A stretch of 63,442 nt of DNA, counting the filler, from Rhabdomonas costata (Eukaryota), in the NCBI GenBank assembly GCA_019059605.1. It is 55 parts of 55 records of this genome, joined end to end, with 100 filler letters (N's around TTAATTAATTAA, not from the genome) between each part and the next. Parts side by side here need not be neighbours in the genome. Positions count along the whole stretch, not along the records: positions 12,708 to 13,763 come from JAHMHO010031030.1; positions 13,864 to 14,919 come from JAHMHO010031031.1; positions 15,020 to 16,075 come from JAHMHO010031032.1; positions 16,176 to 17,231 come from JAHMHO010031033.1; positions 17,332 to 18,387 come from JAHMHO010031034.1; positions 18,488 to 19,543 come from JAHMHO010031035.1; positions 19,644 to 20,699 come from JAHMHO010031036.1; positions 20,800 to 21,855 come from JAHMHO010031037.1; 47 more parts are not named here. One strand, written 5' to 3'. Below are positions 12,766 to 24,267 of this stretch, piece by piece. Made by a program: the position numbers and the translations under genes. The notes beneath the pieces were generated by a model. The model saw only the letters and a list, made by a program, of their open reading frames with translations, was not told the origin of the DNA and made no database searches. How positions within the stretch are numbered: the stretch's first letter is position 1; every line of letters begins with the position of its first letter.

Positions 12766-13410
12766 ATGCTTGCCCGCAGGTTCGTTTCAGGCGCAATGCT
12801 GCGGCACTTTGCAACTAAAGTGAAGGAGACCACAGGCATTCCAGGGTATCCGGTGAACCCAAACTGGCGAATGGCCCTGCTTGACCTTTACCAGGACAAC
12901 CTCAACCTGGTTCAGAGGCTTCCCGAAGACTCAGCGTACCGCAAAGGTCTCACAAACATCACCCTGCATCACAAGGCCATTGTGGAGTCCAGCAGTGACT
13001 ATGATGTGGTGGAGATGAAGATTGGGCTGGGTCAGGTTGTTGCGTGCCTGTGATAACCGCTACTGTTTCCCGACTTACCACTTAAGCTGACTGGCTGCAC
13101 TCGCAGAAAACGGCACCCACTGGCGCTAATAGGCCGCTGCGTGCAATTACAGGTTGAACAGCTCATTAGGATTGCCGAGGGTGAGAAGAAGCTGATTCAA
13201 GACATGCTTGTGTGGCGTCTCTGGGAAGCCGACCACAGCATTCTCGACCGGATGGATGTCAGCTTCCGCACCACCATTGGAGGGCACTACAAGCCCCGGG
13301 CTTACGAAAAGATGCTGGACATGGAGGAGGAGAAGCTTTTGCTGGAGAAGCTGCAGAAGGAAGCCGAAGAAGAAAAGGTTCGGGTGACCGCTGGAGCTAA
13401 GCAGCAGTGA
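12766..13410 (+). CDS. NDUFA5: Complex I accessory subunit NDUFA5 (B13), complete; exons 12766-13035 and 13153-13410
   Basis: Mitochondrial-type presequence MLARRFVSGAMLRHFA; KETTGIPGYPVNPNWR...LPEDSAYRK...IGLGQ|VEQLIRIAEGEKKLIQDMLVWRLWE. The 117-nt GT-AG intron restores the conserved GQ-V/IE junction. Confidence 0.93.
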
Positions 13411-15206
13411 GCTCCTGCTTGTGTTGCCACCCATACTTCTTCTTCCTCTTCTTTGTCTTTGCCTTCGTCTTCAGAAATTCACTTCCTTTTTGTCGTTCTT
13501 GTATTACAATTGCTGCATCCTGGGCTGGTCACTGCTGCACTTCCCTCCTTCCTCTCCTCCTCCAGGCAGTGCGGCTCTTTCCTGTCACAAGATGGACACT
13601 GGTGCCCGTGTTCGTTCACGAATTCGCCGGTTTTCTGTTGTTTCTGGTGGCAAATGCGAAATCAATCATTGGGCAGGCCCTGTTCTGATTTTCCGTGAGT
13701 TTCCGAGTCATAGAAAATCCGAACAGGGCCTGCCCAATGATTGATTTCGCATTTGCCACCAAANNNNNNNNNNNNNNNNNNNNNNNNNNNNNNNNNNNNN
13801 NNNNNNNTTAATTAATTAANNNNNNNNNNNNNNNNNNNNNNNNNNNNNNNNNNNNNNNNNNNNGGTTTTGTGTGTGTCGCGTGTATGAATTGTGTGTATG
13901 TGTGTGTCCAACTCGAAAACCTATGCCTCACACCTCGTGCTTCTGTTTTTACGTGCCTCTGATTGCCCGACTCACCGTGAATTCTTTTGATACAGTACAC
14001 GTCGCTCCGCACTCTTCGCGTCACCCTAGACAGCAGTAGGGATTGTATTGGGGGGGGACCTTTATCAGCGTCTTGGACATTATGGATCGATTGGGACAAC
14101 TTTGGTTTATTGGCGGCTGGAGCGGACAGATGAGGCGGGGAAACAGCAAAAATTCTTCTTGTGCTGTTTGACAACGTTAAACGTTTGACGCCTCCCACCA
14201 CTACAAATAATAACACAACGGCTCCCAGCACTCTGGTGTGTGTTGAAGACGTGAGAGAAAAGCGAGAGATGGAGGAGCAAGCCTTGGGGAAAGCAGAAGA
14301 GTGCCAGACGCGATGACCAGAGTGTAGCTGGGCCTCAACCTGCTTCATGTTAATGTTGGACCCGGTCACCGGTCATCACCACCGTGTATTCTCGTCGTCA
14401 TTTGCTGTCTTCAGCGGTTTCACTGCATCGCCCTGTCGCCTTCTCACCCCTCCGGGCATGGATGTCATATTTGCTTTGTAAGCACACACGCTCTCAGGTG
14501 GAGCCCCCTCACGCGGTTGCGGAGGCCGCGGCTCCTGAGCCGGAGCTGCCAGTGGGGACCCTCTCGCCCTCACTGAAGATCACGGTGAAAGCCCTGCACA
14601 ACGCCGACTTGGATTAGTGCCCTCACTCACTCCACAATGGAGATCATCACAGAGCTGCTGCACGCACGTCCTCAAATTCGCACAAACACGCCCGTGCGCG
14701 TTCACACATACACGCCTCGCACACACGTAAATGCACGTCTGCACCGGGGAGACTGAAAGAAAACACGGCTTGATACTACGCGCTTCGGGCGCGTGGTGGA
14801 CTGCGACATCTGGAGGGACTTGCCGGTAGCTTGCTTTGTTTTCGGTGAAGGCTCATGTTTGGCGTGCGATTGGGTAGAGACACAGCAAAAGAGGCGGTAC
14901 CCACCCCCGCCCTCTTTTGNNNNNNNNNNNNNNNNNNNNNNNNNNNNNNNNNNNNNNNNNNNNTTAATTAATTAANNNNNNNNNNNNNNNNNNNNNNNNN
15001 NNNNNNNNNNNNNNNNNNNGTGTGGTTGTATATGATCCTGTTTGTATATTTTCGTTGTCATTAGGACCGGCGAACGGAAGGAAGACATTTGCCCTGGTCG
15101 GGCTTCTGTGAACCCGTTTCAAGGGCTGTTTGCATCGCATGGACATGCAGTTTTTGATTGTGGGCAGTTGGGTGGCAGTGATGAGGTTCCGGGCTATGCT
15201 ATGCAG

Positions 15207-16055
15207 AGCTTGGGCTGCCGTGCCTCCCACTGACCTTGGGCATGGCGCTTACGGTGCGGAAGGCGGTGGTGTCGGTGGCGGGGTACCAGAGCGACCTCTT
15301 CCCGGCCAATGTCACGGGGACGGGGATGTTTCCCGTCGTGGACCGGGACGGGCTCTGCAAGCCTGCGGTGCTGATCATCGTGGAAGAGGTCCATGGGCTG
15401 AATCCTTTTCACCGTAACCATTTTCTTGAGGGGGTTTGGGAGATGAAGTGCTGTTTTCCCTAACTATTGCCACATTACCGAAGAAACGCAGTCGTGCAGT
15501 TGCTGTCTGTTCTTGATGGGTATGAGGGGTTGCAATCATCTCGGTAACCCCGATGCGGCGCCGCACCGGAATCATTCCGCCCCAATCGGGCCTAACCCCT
15601 CCACCAGAGATTATGCAGCTCTACGCCAAGCTCTCACCTCCCTGCTTCACGCACAGTGCCAATGATCGTCGTCGTGCAAGCGCAGGTTGCGTCTTTGGCT
15701 TATGTTTCCAAGTTAGGTGACAGTTCTGCGCGATACAGAGGTGCTCTCTTCGAGCTCACAGTTTCTATTTCGCAGAAGCCACGCATCAGAGATATCTATG
15801 ATCGCAATCATCTCCTCTGTATATGCAGTTCATCAGTTCTTGCCCCTTCCCGAAAGGGTTCTTTTCCGTCAACAATTCGTTCTCTCCTCTAAGGCGGTTT
15901 GCGCGGGCATCGAGGAGGTAGTGCTGGTGGTGCATCCCGACGACGAGGCAGCGTACCGCAGGCTGTTCCACACCAAGATGGCCATCGCGAAGTACAACAA
16001 GCTTACCCCCAAGGGCCAGACCTACTACCATAGAGTCCAGGAGCTGGGCCAGAAG
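15207..16055 (+). CDS. GHMP (galactokinase-like) kinase / GalU-like sugar-phosphate nucleotidyltransferase fusion, partial; exons 15207-15388 and 15894-~16055
   Basis: ELGLPCLPLTLG-MALTVRKAVVSVAGYQSDLFPANVTGTGMFPVVDRDGLCKPAVLIIVEE|AVCAGIEEVVLVVHPDD. VRKAV...FP..DRDG..KP....IVEEA..AGIEEV is the nucleotidyltransferase N-terminus; GT-AG phase-0 intron. The kinase part rests on one short upstream peptide. Confidence 0.75.
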
Positions 16056-16781
16056 GTCCGCCTGGACCAAAACAANNNNNNNNNNNNNNNNNNNNNNNNN
16101 NNNNNNNNNNNNNNNNNNNTTAATTAATTAANNNNNNNNNNNNNNNNNNNNNNNNNNNNNNNNNNNNNNNNNNNNGGTGTTGGGGTAGACGCCAAGGTTG
16201 CAGCACCCGAGCAAGCTCAGGCTTGGTTGCGGTGGTGGTGGGAAGTGGGTGGGCGCGAGCGAGCTTGCATGTGGTGCAGTTAGGAGACGCCATGCATCGG
16301 TGGTGTCCGTCACAGCACTGTGAGAATACTAGGCAATGTTGATTGGCGTTTAGAGCAACGCGCAAACCCGGAGAACATTTGAGAAAAAAACAAGGACAGG
16401 GTGACAAGAGGATGTGGGGAGGAGAGGTTTGACAAGGGAAAGAGAGGGGAAGTGTGCAAAATGGATGGGAAAGAGAGAGCTTCGGAAAGAGAAAGAACAA
16501 GATGTCGCATTCCATTCCTATATAAAGAACGGCATCCCAGTGGAGCCCACCATCGAATAGACCATAGGCGGGAATCCACTTAATCATCCGCTCTAACGCT
16601 CACTCAGCTCAGATCCGATTTCCTTATATCTCGCCAACCAAAGGATACGGCCCGCAATGAGCACAGAAGGATCGAAACAACTCCGATCCTTAATGAGCAT
16701 CATCCAGCCCAAAATGTAGCCCCAGCGTCAAGTGCTAAGAGTGCTCTGAAAAGCCCACAGGGGGAGAGGGAGGGCCCAAAC

Positions 16782-16935
16782 CTCGGCGAGCTGGCCCTCG
16801 TTGAGGAACTTCATTTCCGACCGGATCTGCCCCCACACCTCGCGAAGGTTCCGCGGGGTCAGCGCCTCGGGCATCTCCAGCTCCCCGGGGTCCTCTCCCG
16901 CCATCAGGCCCCGCTGGAACTTGATCAGTCGCTGC
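16782..16935 (-). CDS. Exon of an unidentified protein
   Basis: cacag acceptor and GAG|gtttgg donor; QRLIKFQRGLMAGEDPGELEMPEALTPRNLREVWGQIRSEMKFLNEGQLAE; GC3-rich. Confidence 0.5.
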
Positions 16936-17726
16936 CTGTGTTTTTTATGTTGAGCATGGAATGATTAGGACCTCACCTTCTGTGCCTGTCAGCTGCAAAA
17001 GCGCGCGGTGATTGCTCACACCCGAGCCCCCCTGCCATTGGTTCAACACCGCAAGATGAGTCTCTGGTCTCCGGAGTAAACCCCAAGCGCGCGAACATAG
17101 CGAGCGCGGTCTGTAAAATATGGCCCGTCAAAAGTGGGAGATCCAAACGTAAAACAGTCAAAACTCTGAGAAAGACCTAAAAATGAATGGGCTCCTTCAA
17201 TTGTCCGAAGGTAACCACTTTTGTCACCAAANNNNNNNNNNNNNNNNNNNNNNNNNNNNNNNNNNNNNNNNNNNNTTAATTAATTAANNNNNNNNNNNNN
17301 NNNNNNNNNNNNNNNNNNNNNNNNNNNNNNNATGTATATAGGCTAAAAAGACTTCGAATGGAAAACCGTCACATACCATTTTCTGAGTTTTTGGGTGTTA
17401 CTTACCTTAGAATGCAATCCAATTAAAACTGCGACCTTCAGATGCACATGCACACACATTCAAATCCCGAAATGAAACGTCACCGCAATGAAACGTCAGA
17501 GAGAACCCTTCTCTCACTCCCATTCGCTCCTGCGCATGAGTTGAACCAAGTTCGAAAGCAGTTTGATGTGCATGCACCCCGCCCTGCCCGCGTCAAGACG
17601 ATAAACCCTGTGCTTCGGGTGGGACTATTGTGATATTCAATTTCCTTTCATCCAAGGCGCTCATTTCCCATATGACTTCATCTTTGTCACGAAACGATTC
17701 CGGTTCTGTTCTTTGCCGCTAATCAG

Positions 17727-18343
17727 TGGGGGATATGAAGCTCTTCACTCCGGGCGAGGGCGCCAAGCCTGGCTTCTTGCACATTATTGAGGTCACGCCT
17801 GGGTACACCCACGCTGGTGATGTCACAGCGGTGATGGCCTCCCAGGGGAACTACTGGCCCAGCTACAACCTCCCTTACTTCGACGACATTTCTCTGCGTT
17901 TAGGAGCCAACTTCACCTGCACGAAAAGGGGCCCAACGTTTTGCTATAAGACGAGCTCTCGGGCCAATATTTTCCGGCGCGACCACCACACGGTGCAGAC
18001 CCTGTCCGACATGAAGCGAATGATCCGATACAACAACTGGCAGAACGACTCTCTTTCTCTGGGGGATGCCTGCGAGCCTATTGCTTGTCGGTATGACCTC
18101 CGGGTCCCTCCCCTGGGGAATTCCCCAACTGGGGCCACGGATGGCAAGGTGAGCTCTTGGGAGATGGTCGTGCAGCAGGGAGGCGCGATGTTCGCGGTGA
18201 GTGGTCCCACGACGGATCAGCAACCTGCCTTCCGATGGTCGCAGTACCCGGGCAGCCTGCACCTTGGGCAGCCCGAGGTGTTCGACTTCGATTGGGTGCG
18301 GTTCGACTTCAACGACAGCCTGAGCGACACCCGCGAAATTTAA
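17727..18343 (+). CDS. Phospholipase B-like protein (PLBD family), terminal exon
   Basis: YWPSYNLPYF, RANIFRRDH, MIRYNNWQND, IACRYDL, GATDGKV, SGPT...QPAFRWS and HLGQPEVFDFDW motifs; taatcag acceptor; stop at 18341-18343. Confidence 0.93.
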
Positions 18344-18715
18344 CCAACGGGGGTAGTCACCGCACCTTCCTGATTCACCACAAACCCNNNNNNNNNNNNN
18401 NNNNNNNNNNNNNNNNNNNNNNNNNNNNNNNTTAATTAATTAANNNNNNNNNNNNNNNNNNNNNNNNNNNNNNNNNNNNNNNNNNNNGGTTTTTGGTCCG
18501 TAATTTTCTCTGTTATATCATCCAGGTATTCCGTTTTACCTCTTGTCTGTAGATTTCATTGCTGGTTAAAATTCATTTGTGTACCTGTTATTTTGCAGTG
18601 GTACTTTACTGTTTATCAATCAACGCAGCCCTTCTTTCACGCAATGGTGCACTTGATTGACGCAAAAGTATCGAACGCTAACTCCCCGGCACGGTTTCTT
18701 TTCTTTCTGTGTTAG

Positions 18716-19543
18716 GATGCTCTGGGGGAAGACAAAATGCAGGCCAGCATCAGCAAGGAGCTCAAAGTTGTCCACGATGGAACAGCCATCTGCAAAGCTC
18801 GGGACGAAATTCTGGCAGAGTCTTCGTTTTCTAAAGATTTCTGCACAACTGAGGATGAGAAAAAAAAAGTGAAGAAAGATACCGACACTGTGGTGATGGC
18901 CTCCCGCCTGGATTTTGTGAGGTGAGTGCTGTCCTCTCTATATGCATCGCTGCACCGTTTTGTTGCATGTCCTCAAAGGCTGCGTGGCGTTGCAGAAGGA
19001 GAGTTGGCGAGAAGATTGGTGAAGACCATTTTTGTTTCTTCAGTATTTTTTGTGCCCTTTTTCTCTTCCAATTTAGCGATCAATTCGCTATCATTTTGCG
19101 AGAAGAACGGCAACGTTTCCTGGTTTTCTGTTTCTGAGGAAACTTTTTTGCATCGAAGCGCTTTCGCCGCCCAACACCCCCCTCCTCCTCCTTCGTTTTC
19201 CCCCTCTCCTCTCCCGTGGCTTTCATTTCCTTCGGAAACTTTCGTTTGATCTGGGAGAAAGTCATCTCACTCGCGAACTGTTTTCAGATGCCTCCAGTTC
19301 AGCGCCATTCTGACGACCAACTACAGCATGGAGCTTTGCAGCTGTGGCGATCAATATGGCTGCGGGTTGTGCTGCACGCCGTGCCCGGTGGGCCGAGTGG
19401 ATCCTTTCGGTGTTCAAAGTGCAAAGCAAAGCAAACTGCCGGACAGCTCGAGAAGCTGCAACGCGAGTTCACGAGGATATGCGGAAAGTTTAGGGTTTCG
19501 CACTTTTGAGGCCGAAACTCTACCTCCCTACGTGGACATTCTG
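18716..19543 (+). CDS. SIR2-like (SIR2_2/FAM118-type) domain protein, partial; exons 18716-18921 and 19288->
   Basis: Phase-2 junction AG|gtgagt...ttcag|A gives DALGEDKMQASISKEL...MASRLDFVR-CLQFSAILTTNYSMEL, resembling the l.f.ailTTNYD motif. Confidence 0.55.
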
Positions 19544-19668
19544 NNNNNNNNNNNNNNNNNNNNNNNNNNNNNNNNNNNNNNNNNNNNTTAATTAATTAAN
19601 NNNNNNNNNNNNNNNNNNNNNNNNNNNNNNNNNNNNNNNNNNNGTGTTGGTGTGTTTGGGGTGTTTGG

Positions 19669-19838
19669 GGAGGAAACGGTACCTATTTTGGTCTGGATTT
19701 GGCATGTGCCCGATAAACTGGTCCGGTAGAGATTGCTCCACAATCCCCGAGGCACCTGGGGTCTGAAGGAGCAATCTCTACCGGACCAGTTTATCGGGCA
19801 CATGCCAAATCCAGACCAAAATAGGTTCCGTTTCCTCC
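19669..19838. repeat. Foldback element: 71-bp inverted arms (70/71), 28-nt partly self-paired spacer
   Basis: 19669-19739 is the reverse complement of 19768-19838 except at one position (19680/19827). Confidence 0.95.
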
Positions 19839-20176
19839 ACAAAAAAGCCCAAAATTCATTCGCGACAAAGTATGTCGTCTTGCACCTGCTTTGGTCAAAT
19901 TGTGAAATCCATGAAGAAGCTCGGACCAAACTAAGCGTCCAGTTTCTCCGAGACACTTCCCTGAGAAAGTCTGAGAATTTCTATATAAAAAACAGAGTTT
20001 TTAAAAACTGTGGTCCATTTAAGTGAGTGCGTGACAGAACACTGCAGAATGTCGCTTAGAAAAAAGTGAGGAGCTGCTAGCATCCCCAGAGAATGCCTTC
20101 ACAGTTTAAAACGCCTGCACCGGGAGGAAAGCAGACTTTCTCATTGAGAATGTGAAGGGGTGGAAGAAACTGAAAC

Positions 20177-20637
20177 CTTGCTGCTGTTGCACAGCGGCCA
20201 GCAGTCGCTTGAGGTACTCGTAGTCCGGAGCTGCTGTGTAAGTCAACTGCTGGAGATGCTGAAAAAGTATTTCGAGAGTGTGTCCGTACCGCAAACACAT
20301 TGTCAACGGCATTGACGACAACACATCAAGATAGTCTCTTGGTTTTCTGCACTTCCTCGCGCTGCCTGAGCGTACATTTTAAATGTCGGTTGGACCCACA
20401 CTCCACTGTCCTCCGCTGTACATACCCACCCTCTTCTGTCCCTCATGTGCGCTTCTATCCCTCATGTGTGGGGGGCGTTCAGGGAGTCAGCAGACGAAGC
20501 AGCAGAATTAAATTTTCGGCAATTACCGGTAGACACAGAAAAGAATGACAAACTTGAAGAAAAAGTGTGAACTCATGAGGAAGGTCTTTCACCAGCTCCG
20601 TGTTGGTGTACTTCTCTTTGAGCTCGCCGATCTGGTC
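20177..20637 (-). CDS. CK1-group (tau-tubulin-kinase-like) protein kinase, C-lobe; exons 20637-20554 and 20258-20177
   Basis: DQIGELKEKYTNTELVKDLPHEFTLFLQ|HLQQLTYTAAPDYEYLKRLL fits the CK1/TTBK P.EF..F..HL..L.Y...PDY motif; GT-AG phase-0 intron. Confidence 0.85.
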
Positions 20638-21722
20638 CTGCAGTGAAATTTAACCGAATAACAAGAAAGTGCAACGGAGGGCAACGAAGTCCACACAAAN
20701 NNNNNNNNNNNNNNNNNNNNNNNNNNNNNNNNNNNNNNNNNNNTTAATTAATTAANNNNNNNNNNNNNNNNNNNNNNNNNNNNNNNNNNNNNNNNNNNNG
20801 TGTTGGTGGGGGGGAGCAGGGCTACAAGAAATCACGAGTGCGCGTCGAGCAGAGTGCCAAAAGAGATGAAGGAGGTTGCCAAAGGAAAGGGGATTCTTCG
20901 AGAAGAGGCAGGGACACGGATGTATATATCAGTGACAATGGGGGAAAATTTTGGCTGCCACATTTTACTGTGCACCGCATTCTACATCGCGGGTGCCACA
21001 GGTCTTACCACCAACTACACCGCAGCGCACATACCTCGGAACAAATGACAAGAAGGCAGGAATACAAATGGGGAGGGGCGGGGGGACGCGGTGGGTACTA
21101 CCACAATCAATGAATTCTGCTCTTTTCCGCTGTTCTCCGCAAAATGCGTTAAAAACGCAAGCGATCCGTCCAGACAGGACGGAATCCATCGCGCACGCGC
21201 ACACCAATACGTTTTTTTGGAACAACAGAAAAGTGACATTCCAACAGCAAGGGGAGAGGGAGAGCTGACATACATCACGACGAGGGAGGGACTGGCACAG
21301 CATCCGATGAAGTGACAGCAACACAGTGATGCGACAACACCAAGTTAAGTGGGCAGAGTTCTCTCACCCAGCGATCAGGTCAGACAGCAAGCCAAAACAG
21401 GGAGCTCCTGGTCACTGGGCTGGAGGAAAAGGGTTCTTGTGTGCTTACGTTTGTAAGTGTTAAGTGAAAGTGTGATATGTGTCTGGAACCCTTGACTCTC
21501 CGTGAGGCGGCCGTCAACAACGTCATCACATCGGCTGCGGCAGCAGCAAGCAATGCACTCTCTTTGTGTTGCGATGGTTGCAGCATGCCGGAAGCATCTT
21601 CTCACGATGGAGGAGGTAGCGGCCTTGCGTTGCCCTGTGCGCGTAAAAGTGACCCCCCCCCTCCACCAAAAATCCGATAGCAAAGTCTTCGGAAGACTGT
21701 AGGTGCACCTCCGCCCACTCGC

Positions 21723-21855
21723 TTGTTGGACACCCTCCTGGCAACACGAAGAGCTCCAGGAGAACGCATACAAAGTGAGAAATTCTTCTTGCACATTAAA
21801 GCTCACGATTTCGGTCTCGCGGAGCTCTTCGTGTTGCCAGGAGGGTGTCCAACAA
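21723..21855. repeat. Perfect 35-bp inverted repeat with 63-nt spacer, reaching the contig end
   Basis: ttgttggacaccctcctggcaacacgaagagctcc (21723-21757) and its reverse complement at 21821-21855. Confidence 0.9.
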
Positions 21856-23289
21856 NNNNNNNNNNNNNNNNNNNNNNNNNNNNNNNNNNNNNNNNNNNNT
21901 TAATTAATTAANNNNNNNNNNNNNNNNNNNNNNNNNNNNNNNNNNNNNNNNNNNNGGGGTTTGTTTTCTTATGAGGAAATTTTGTGCTCTTTCCATGCGG
22001 GCGCAAACCATCAGGGGAACTAGGCGAAATACCAAAAGCAGGCTTATAGCGCGTTGAGGGGCAACTTGGAGATGCACAGCGCGCGTTTCATATCGGGCAC
22101 CGCTTGCGTAAACGAAAAAGCGCGCGACACGTGCAAAACCCAATGCCCATGTTTGGTTTCATATACCGCGTGATTTTTCAGAAGATATACCTGATTTTCC
22201 TCCGGTATATCCAGCATGTTTTCGAATCATTCCAATTACCACTTCCTAAACCTATGAGGACCTTATGCCGCAGCGAACCACATGTGGCAGAAAATGGGGT
22301 TTCTGGTCCAGAAAGCGGCATGACCATGAACCCATGACCAGAATTCCCCGCACGCATTACGAAGCAAATGGCTTTTCAGAGGCACCGCAGCGAAGACAAA
22401 CACAAATCAAATCAACGCATCAAATACCTCATGAAAAACATGCGGAGCCTGGACTGCGAACCCAAAAAGAAGGACAAGAAATGAAATTTGGACTGGCGCT
22501 GTTACCAAAAGTGGCTTGGGCCTCCCGGGGTAGCATGAATCCAGCATGGTCGTTAGTCCATGTTGGATACAATTTTGCATTTTTGGGTGTTCAGTCTTTA
22601 CAGGTTTCTTGAATCATGACATGGAAAGTCTTAATCTTTCAATTCGCATCCACTTCCTCCACAAGGGATGAACTGAGCCCCACTCACATTCCGCAGCTTA
22701 TCACACTTGCGGCACGGGCTGCAAAACTCCTTTCCACCATGAAATCGCAGACTCACCCATCACCCATGACCTTCATAGATGTTATAACGCGGCAGAGTAT
22801 TGCTAGTCCAAGCTATTTGGCTAGCGCGAAAGGCAGGGCACAACCCAGTTTCAGGTTTATTTCCACTACTCTCAAACAACACAATTGGGGCAAAAAGAAA
22901 CGCTCACAAATGCCAAGTCACAATACCGACAGTGTCACACAAACCCTCTCTCAAGCAGCAGCGGGTCAAGGCACTTCTTTGCCTTGACAAGCCTCATTCA
23001 AACATGGAAAANNNNNNNNNNNNNNNNNNNNNNNNNNNNNNNNNNNNNNNNNNNNTTAATTAATTAANNNNNNNNNNNNNNNNNNNNNNNNNNNNNNNNN
23101 NNNNNNNNNNNGTGTTGGTGTAGAAGGGGAAGGGTGGGGTGGTTGGTGTTGAGCTGATCATAGGGTGTTGGTTCGAGGGGTAGGGTGGATGGGAAGGAAT
23201 TGGGCCGAGAGTGGTGATGAAGTGTGCCTTGAAATGAAATACGCGACACGAGGAGGTGTGTTGGAGAGTGTCCAGTGGGAAAAGTGCTT

Positions 23290-23800
23290 CCAGATCCAGA
23301 CAAAGGATTTGGTGGATTAATTTGGACTTGATGCTCAGACAGAGCCCCGCGGATGTGATGAGGCGAGCGCAGTAATGAGGAGCGAATGAAATTTAATAGG
23401 GGTCTGGAGAGGCAACAAGTATGTCGCCGAGATGTTGAAAGAAGAGAAGAGAGCCCAGAGACGAAATAGGATGCAGGGTGCAGCTAAGGATGTGTTGTGC
23501 GACTATGGGAGACCAAGACTAACCGAAATGGAGGCGGGGTCCAAATGTCCACTCCACGGCGGACAGAGCGAAGCATCCCTGTACTTTGTGAGGAAAGCGC
23601 AAAGACCAAAATAAATTAGACACATCCAGTTTGGTGAAGAAAAAGGCCGAAGCATGGGAGGATTCCAAAAAGCTGGAGAGTGTAGGAATGTGAAAGCGAG
23701 GATGTTTTGGCCAGTGCTTATTTTGATTACGCAGGTCCAGCAGGCGGGCTTTTTCCGGGGTTTTTGCAGTCACAAATACGGGGCCGCGGGCTGCATTGTG
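23290..23800 (-). pseudogene. Degenerate reverse transcriptase of a DIRS/tyrosine-recombinase-type retrotransposon
   Basis: GPVFVTAKTPEKARLLDLRNQN...FFTKLDVSNLFWSL...RLHFG*SWSPIVAQ...FQHLGDIL. RT motifs are in order, with W changed to TAG at 23519-23521 and YLDD decayed to HLGD. Confidence 0.8.
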
Positions 23801-24267
23801 AAGAGGAGTCACCAGCTTGTGCAGCATGGTGTAAGCTTCGGTGGAGGGCCGAGGAGGAGTTGCTGGGTGAAGAAGGAGGGTCAAAGGTATCCCGAAACAC
23901 GTCCATACGTCACCGGGGACGGCCGCGCTTCCGATCGGGTCCAGGCATTGGTGAAGACTCGCTGGAGTGGTGTGAAGCCTCCGCAGAGCTGGGGGGAGAT
24001 GGAGTCCGGCGTAAATGAGGAGAAGCGCTGGATGTCGACCAGTACCAAAGGTAGGTACTGTGAAACTGACCACAGCTGAGGGTGGGACTGGTGAGATGTC
24101 CGCAGCACTTAGGACAGCTTGCGGACACACCAGCGGTGCTTGAGTGGTGTAGGAATCCCAGAGGACANNNNNNNNNNNNNNNNNNNNNNNNNNNNNNNNN
24201 NNNNNNNNNNNTTAATTAATTAANNNNNNNNNNNNNNNNNNNNNNNNNNNNNNNNNNNNNNNNNNNN

